A DNA stretch of 64,000 nucleotides from an uncultured Gammaproteobacteria bacterium. Its GTDB lineage: Bacteria > Patescibacteriota > Patescibacteriia > UBA9934. The stretch spans positions 11,994 through 75,993 of the forward strand of contig CAZORP010000005.1 of NCBI GenBank assembly GCA_964582615.1. The letters run 5' to 3'. Position 1 is the stretch's first letter; every line of letters begins with the position of its first letter. Shown here piece after piece: positions 59,312 through 64,000 of the stretch. Both the position numbers and the translations under genes were made by a program. The notes below the pieces were generated by a model. The model made no database searches and was not told where the DNA came from. It worked only from the letters and a program-made list of their open reading frames with translations.

Positions 59312-59902
59312 CTATCGCCTCCCCCACCTCGCCAAAAAACGCCTCCACGCTGAGGGGCTATTTTTAGAATAAACACAGGGGCATCCTTTGCAGGCGCCGG
59401 ATTTTTCAGGAAGCCTGTACGATGCACAGCACACCTTTTTTATTCGTTTACGACCAAAAAATACGAGAACATCAGCCCATAGGCGGGATAGCTTTGGGCG
59501 ATCACGAAAATCATGAGGAATCTCCTCTTCGTAGCCCTTCTCTCGAAAATACGAAACCCAAGAACTTCCCTCGGCTACCGTCGTCTTCACAAGAAATGCC
59601 TCAGGAGAAAGTCCCCCGAGTCGCTCAAACTTTTTCTGCTTCTTCTCAAGAACACCCGCAAATGAACCGCCAGACTGCACAACCATCGCCTCAAGAACCT
59701 CGCACACATCAGCGGCTTCAGAAAGAAGATCTTCCAGCGTTGTTGCTGTAGAAAATTCTTCAGCTTCTTCGCGAAGTTTTCGCAAGAGCTCTTGGTGAAA
59801 TTCCTGAGTATCTAGAGTTTTTGTGACGATATTTTCACCCTCAGAACGTATACGCTCTGGAAGCTTTTCACGAACAAGTTTTTGAAGAAGAAATGTTGGC
59901 AT
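59312..59902 (-). CDS. MazG-like nucleotide pyrophosphohydrolase-like protein with a Cys-rich basic C-terminal tail
   Basis: N-terminal KLVREKLPERI resembles the MazG/HisE-like all-alpha NTP-PPase family. The tail is ..CCASYRLPEKSGACKGCPC. Confidence 0.4.
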   Translation of the reverse strand: MPTFLLQKLVREKLPERIRSEGENIVTKTLDTQEFHQELLRKLREEAEEFSTATTLEDLLSEAADVCEVLEAMVVQSGGSFAGVLEKKQKKFERLGGLSPEAFLVKTTVAEGSSWVSYFREKGYEEEIPHDFRDRPKLSRLWADVLVFFGRKRIKKVCCASYRLPEKSGACKGCPCVYSKNSPSAWRRFLARWGRR

Positions 59903-59905
59903 ATA

Positions 59906-60391
59906 TTACTTTCGTGAACGTTTTTGAAAAAGAAACACCATAATTGCCAATAGTACACCAACACTCACGTACCCGACACCCCTCCAGGGAATAGCAAGCA
60001 CGGAGGGCTGTACAATCTCTTCGCTGGTGAAATCGGAAGAAATCTCTTTTGTTCCCGAACAAAGTGTCGTTTGCAAGTCGCCATCAGCATCAATTGTGGC
60101 AAAAATTTCATAGGCGACACCCTCTTCAAACATTACTCCACACGAGATCTCCTCTTGAGATGGAAGTGTAACAAAGGGGCGAAGCACGTATCGCTCACTC
60201 TTTTCTTTATCGTGAACCCTTACAAGCGCACGAGAAATGCCATTTTCCGAAGTCACCCGATCAACAACGCCTGTAAACACCACATCGGCAGAATTGAGGA
60301 GCACCTCTCGAGACTGTTCAATACACTGACAGGCGTGTGCAGAGAGGGGAAATGCTAGGAAAAGCATCAGAGCGGTAACGTATCGAAACAT
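59906..60391 (-). CDS. Secreted hypothetical protein (signal peptide; ATG at 60391)
   Basis: MFRYVTALMLFLAFPLSAHA signal peptide; the track ORF extends further upstream. Confidence 0.5.
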   Translation of the reverse strand: MFRYVTALMLFLAFPLSAHACQCIEQSREVLLNSADVVFTGVVDRVTSENGISRALVRVHDKEKSERYVLRPFVTLPSQEEISCGVMFEEGVAYEIFATIDADGDLQTTLCSGTKEISSDFTSEEIVQPSVLAIPWRGVGYVSVGVLLAIMVFLFQKRSRK

Positions 60392-60423
60392 AAGTTTTTT
60401 CTCAGTATACGTAAAATTCTTTT

Positions 60424-60452
60424 TGACGAAAAGCCAAAAAAATGCCATAATT
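60424..60452 (+). promoter_or_regulatory. Sigma-70-like promoter (TTGACG - 17 bp - CATAAT)
   Basis: Consensus-like -35 and -10 boxes with a 17-bp spacer, upstream of the structured GC-rich element. Confidence 0.4.
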
Positions 60453-60459
60453 CCAAGTT

Positions 60460-60765
60460 CGCACGCCACTTTTTGCACTTCCGCAAAAGAATACCCGTGC
60501 AAACTCGGAGGAAGTACGATCTGTCGCTTTCATTTCCGGGGACGACTCTATGAAGGGTTCGTCCCCGAAACAACCGGGGAGGCGTATTTTCGCCTCCCAG
60601 AAACCGACGGTAACACGGAGGGCGTCTGCGTCCTGGTTACCGTTGATGGGTTGGGTGTCGTGGCTAGCACGGTAGACTTCAACCCGAGCTACCCCCTTGC
60701 GACCGAAGTGGTCGACGAGGGGTAGCCCTCACCTTCCCAAATCATGGGAAGGTTTTTTTATTTTT
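60460..60765 (+). ncRNA. Candidate structured small RNA of ~300 nt (class unassigned) ending in an intrinsic terminator at 60732-60765
   Basis: GC-rich island with several perfect 7-8-bp helices (GGGGACGA/TCGTCCCC; GGAGGCG/CGCCTCC; CGGTAAC/GTTACCG; GCTACCCC/GGGGTAGC) and CCTTCCC-aaatcat-GGGAAGGttttttt. The only long ORF here starts with TTG inside the -35 box and has no in-frame ATG. Confidence 0.35.
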
Positions 60766-60848
60766 ACACCCCACTTCACAGTCCTGTGGTCACTTGCCGC
60801 GCAGAAATATTCGCGGTATATTCGCTGAAAATATTCTTAGCCTCAGTT

Positions 60849-61592
60849 ATGAAAAACTTGAGTACAAACATCTCCCTTTTCGCACTGCTTCTCTCCTTCA
60901 TTGCTTGTATCGTGAGCATTACCGCACTCACCACCTCTTCAGAGATATCCTCGATAACACAACAAGCATCACCCACAACAACAGAGCAGATACCGTCATC
61001 CGCTACCGCAACCTACACAAATAACGATCTTAGACTGCAATTTTCATACCCTGCAAACTATCAGATTTCGGAAGAACATGAACTCGCGGGTGATACTGGA
61101 AAGCTTTTACGTATCAACGTCACACGCAACAATGAAGCCCTTTTCACCGTAACCGCAACATCTTCTAACTACGATCCAAGCGCGGGAGAAGGAACCATGT
61201 CCTTTGCTGGATCTCTTGATATAAAGAATGCTCCTCAAGAAGCAGAGCGTATTGTCGGCGAACAGCTCGGCAAAATCTTTGCACCTTACCGTAGAGAGCT
61301 CGACAATCAGTCATCGATGGGATTCTTTTACGCGCCCATACAGTATGGAGCCGTAGATATCTTTGAATCACACATAGTTTCTGCGACGCACAACAACACC
61401 TACAGCACCATAAGCTTTACCAGTGGAAGCCTTTATCACGAAAGCGGCACCGAGGAAGAGCTCGCTCAGCGAGTTAACGATATTTTGACACTGAAGAATT
61501 TGCGTATGGGTGACGATTTTTACAATGAACTTTCATTGGAAAAGCGTGATGCTTATAACCGCATTTTGGAAAGCGTTCTTTTAGCCGACTAG
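60849..61592 (+). CDS. Secreted/membrane-anchored hypothetical protein
   Basis: N-terminal signal/TM MKNLSTNISLFALLLSFIACIVSITAL. A bidirectional terminator lies at 61611-61637. Confidence 0.55.
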   Translation: MKNLSTNISLFALLLSFIACIVSITALTTSSEISSITQQASPTTTEQIPSSATATYTNNDLRLQFSYPANYQISEEHELAGDTGKLLRINVTRNNEALFTVTATSSNYDPSAGEGTMSFAGSLDIKNAPQEAERIVGEQLGKIFAPYRRELDNQSSMGFFYAPIQYGAVDIFESHIVSATHNNTYSTISFTSGSLYHESGTEEELAQRVNDILTLKNLRMGDDFYNELSLEKRDAYNRILESVLLAD

Positions 61593-61654
61593 TTCTTAGG
61601 CATGAAATAGTAAAAACGGCTCATAGAGCCGTTTTTTTATATAGCGTAAACGTA

Positions 61655-62167
61655 CTAAAGTCCTGTTGCTAAAAAGGCTTTGGAGGCACGTTCCCCTTGC
61701 TCGCGTCGAAGCCTCTCTCCCAAGACAAGCTCGGCGCTCTTTGCGAATGTATAAAAACTTTTCGATGCAAGATTCGGTGTAGAGTCCCCTAAAATTTGAT
61801 ATTCCAAAACATTATTGTTCATTGGGTTGAGCATGTAGGGAATACTTCCATACAACACCAGAACACGATAAAGTTCCGCAGAACGAATATTGTGTTCGTT
61901 GAAGAAATCTTCAGAGAACTTTACATAGTGAAGAGCCTTGTCCGACCCCTTCCAGTGTATCGTCATTTCCTTCTCATGTAGCAGAGATGTGATAGCCGTT
62001 CCGGGAGCACATGCTTCAAACCTTCCCCACAATACGCTGCGCATATCTACTTCCTGTCCTTCGGCATCAAATGCGGCAATTTTCTCTCCGTGTAGATACG
62101 CAAGCTTCAAAAAAGCCTCGCGATCCTCGGGGGTAGAGGTCACAATAATTTCCCCGCGTTGTTTCAT
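61655..62167 (-). CDS. Hypothetical protein (~170 aa)
   Basis: ATG at 62167 (TTG at 62176). Confidence 0.45.
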   Translation of the reverse strand: MKQRGEIIVTSTPEDREAFLKLAYLHGEKIAAFDAEGQEVDMRSVLWGRFEACAPGTAITSLLHEKEMTIHWKGSDKALHYVKFSEDFFNEHNIRSAELYRVLVLYGSIPYMLNPMNNNVLEYQILGDSTPNLASKSFYTFAKSAELVLGERLRREQGERASKAFLATGL

Positions 62168-62353
62168 GTACTCCAAAACAACGTTAGCAAGCTTTTTTCA
62201 GCCTTGACACGTTCATCATAGTCATCATTACGTTGCTTTTCCCTTGAAGACACTTCCCGATACGACATAGATTTATATTTGTTTTTTTAAAAAAGTATCA
62301 CGAGAAGAATATCGCCTCCAAGCACACCCTCTCAAGGTGCCGAGGTATAGCTT

Positions 62354-62881
62354 TTATATCATGCGGCGACAAAGATCGGTAACAATTTCATCAACCGATT
62401 GTATGGAAGTATCGTAGGTCACCGTCACGTCATCTCTACGAACCTCGTTTCTATACTGAAGATATTTTTCTAAAAATCCTTCATCAGTCATTCTTGCAAC
62501 TCGCTCAGGATTTCGCTCAAGCATTCGTCTTTCATGCATTCTTTCAAGAATGACTTCGTAGGGTGCCTCGATGATGACGTGGTGAATATCAAAACCTTCC
62601 GACTTTGCATTTTCGATAAGTTGTGAGAGTTTTTCAGGACTTGCATAAATCGCAAACTCCAAAATAATATCCTCCCCCTGTTCAACAAGCGTGCATGCAA
62701 TGTGATGAACAAGAGCGTACACGCGCTGACGATGTGTCGCGGAAGTATATTGAGAGTACCACTTTTTAACCTTATCAAAAGAAGGTGCAACGTACTCTAT
62801 TGCAGTTTGCTCTAAAAATCGAGAAATGATGGTGGTTTTTCCGGCTCCAAATGGACCTTGAACTATAATGAGTTTTGGCAT
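62354..62881 (-). CDS. P-loop NTPase, small kinase-like (AAA_33/zeta-toxin-like fold)
   Basis: Walker A IVQGPFGAGKTT at the N-terminus; ~175 aa. Confidence 0.6.
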   Translation of the reverse strand: MPKLIIVQGPFGAGKTTIISRFLEQTAIEYVAPSFDKVKKWYSQYTSATHRQRVYALVHHIACTLVEQGEDIILEFAIYASPEKLSQLIENAKSEGFDIHHVIIEAPYEVILERMHERRMLERNPERVARMTDEGFLEKYLQYRNEVRRDDVTVTYDTSIQSVDEIVTDLCRRMI

Positions 62882-63126
62882 ACGTCCCAATTATCTTAGC
62901 GTATTCTAAAAAAGAATACGATACGCGCACCATCGCCCCCTTGTTGCGATCATCGCCAAGAGGTATCCGACACTTATCGCTAAGGCAAGATTGAAGCACT
63001 CGGTTCAATTTGTAAAAATTCTTCAAATATTAGCCACATAAAGCACATACATCATTCGTACGAAAAGCCCCTGATGACATTACCGTGTCACAAAGTATAA
63101 GCTCCTACGTATAGTAGAATGCACCT

Positions 63127-63630
63127 ATGAACGTTTCTCAAAAAATACGACGGGCATTTCTGACAGAATACGACCAAAATTATCAGCGCGTGTATCGTTA
63201 TATTCGCATGCGTACAACTCGAGAAGAAGATGCGAAAGATCTCACGTCCGACGTGTTTATTTCAGCTATCGAGCATCTAGAACACTACGATCCTCAAAAG
63301 GGGAAATTTGAGCAGTGGATTATTAGCATCGCAAAGAATCGCCTCATTGATCACTGGCGTCAACGTAAGGATGTTTTAGTAGAAGACGAGATGCTGGAAC
63401 AAATGGCTGGAGATGTCAATAAAGGATTGAACAGTCGCATAGATCTCAAGCAAATTCTTGCCGATATACCAGACACCGATCGCGCACTTGTCACATTTCA
63501 TTATGTGGACGGGTATAGCTACGAGGAGATCGCGAAAATGCTTAATGCAACAACGTCCGCAGTAAGACAGCGCTCATCACGCATCATGCGACGCCTCCAA
63601 CAAGAACACGCATATGAAAAACATACTTGA
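63127..63630 (+). CDS. ECF-type RNA polymerase sigma factor (sigma-70 regions 2 and 4)
   Basis: Region 2 DLTSDVFISAIEHLEHYDP...WIISIAKNRLIDHWR; region 4 YSYEEIAKMLNATTSAVRQRSSRIMRRL. Confidence 0.85.
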   Translation: MNVSQKIRRAFLTEYDQNYQRVYRYIRMRTTREEDAKDLTSDVFISAIEHLEHYDPQKGKFEQWIISIAKNRLIDHWRQRKDVLVEDEMLEQMAGDVNKGLNSRIDLKQILADIPDTDRALVTFHYVDGYSYEEIAKMLNATTSAVRQRSSRIMRRLQQEHAYEKHT

Positions 63631-64000
63631 ACATTTCGAAAATACCATCAGAATCGATGCCAACCATCGCAAAGCACTCAGAATCGAGATTAAAAAACGT
63701 CTCCATCCCCCCGTACGACATATGTGGTGGTTCATTGCACCGCTTGCGATAGGAATTGCAACTTTTGCGTTGTTTACTCGTCCATCATCACAACCTGTCA
63801 CTGCTAATGCTACAGAACTCCTTCGCCACGCGTCGGAAGCCTTTGTCAATATTCCTGAAGGAAAAATCCTTCACATCCATCGAACAATGACTGGAATGAG
63901 CGAGCGCGAAGATGGAGTGATTGAATACGGCGTAACAAATAGGGACGATCTTACATTCAACGGCGACTCATATATTTGGACGATGATCGATCCGCGATCA
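63613..64000 (+). CDS. Putative anti-sigma factor / membrane protein; partial, runs off the window
   Basis: Overlaps the sigma gene stop by 18 nt. TM helix WWFIAPLAIGIATFALF. No stop codon before the window end. Confidence 0.5.

Noticed and set aside
60423-60725. 100-aa plus-strand ORF across the structured GC-rich element
   Set aside because: It starts with TTG exactly on the putative -35 box, has no in-frame ATG, and the region is dominated by perfect RNA-like helices plus a terminator. It was treated as non-coding, and the alternative is noted in the findings.

Overview
This 64-kb window is bacterial chromosome with moderate GC and dense coding on both strands. The housekeeping genes are glmS, a MurF-like ligase, era, mutY, dus, typA/bipA, the dnaG-rpoD operon, proS, a photolyase, an asymmetric heterodimeric ABC exporter pair, several RNA methyltransferases, tRNA-Glu(CUC) and tRNA-Gln(CUG). 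Among them sit several accessory or lineage-specific blocks. (1) Two giant secreted adhesin-like genes, with GLUG-like repeats and an Fn3 domain in one and PA14, parallel beta-helix and LamG domains in the other. Each is split by a frameshift, and they share a 528-bp, 100%-identical 3' module. (2) A tandem array of three divergent ~560-aa LRR-like paralogues whose inter-gene junctions are conserved. (3) A small cassette holding a minimal nucleotidyltransferase, an unknown gene and a protein with an Rx4HxY (HepT/HEPN-like) motif, lying beside a decayed peptidase E remnant; this is a candidate toxin-antitoxin or defence module. (4) A mini-island at tRNA-Gln, bounded by 52-bp direct repeats that include a degenerate copy of the tRNA 3' end. 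(5) A GC-rich, highly structured element of about 300 nt with its own promoter and intrinsic terminator, a candidate ncRNA. (6) A small GC3-rich ORF with a perfect Shine-Dalgarno sequence and its own terminator. No CRISPR arrays, transposases or integrases were recognised. Many ORFs in the six-frame track are antisense or alternative-frame artefacts and were not called.
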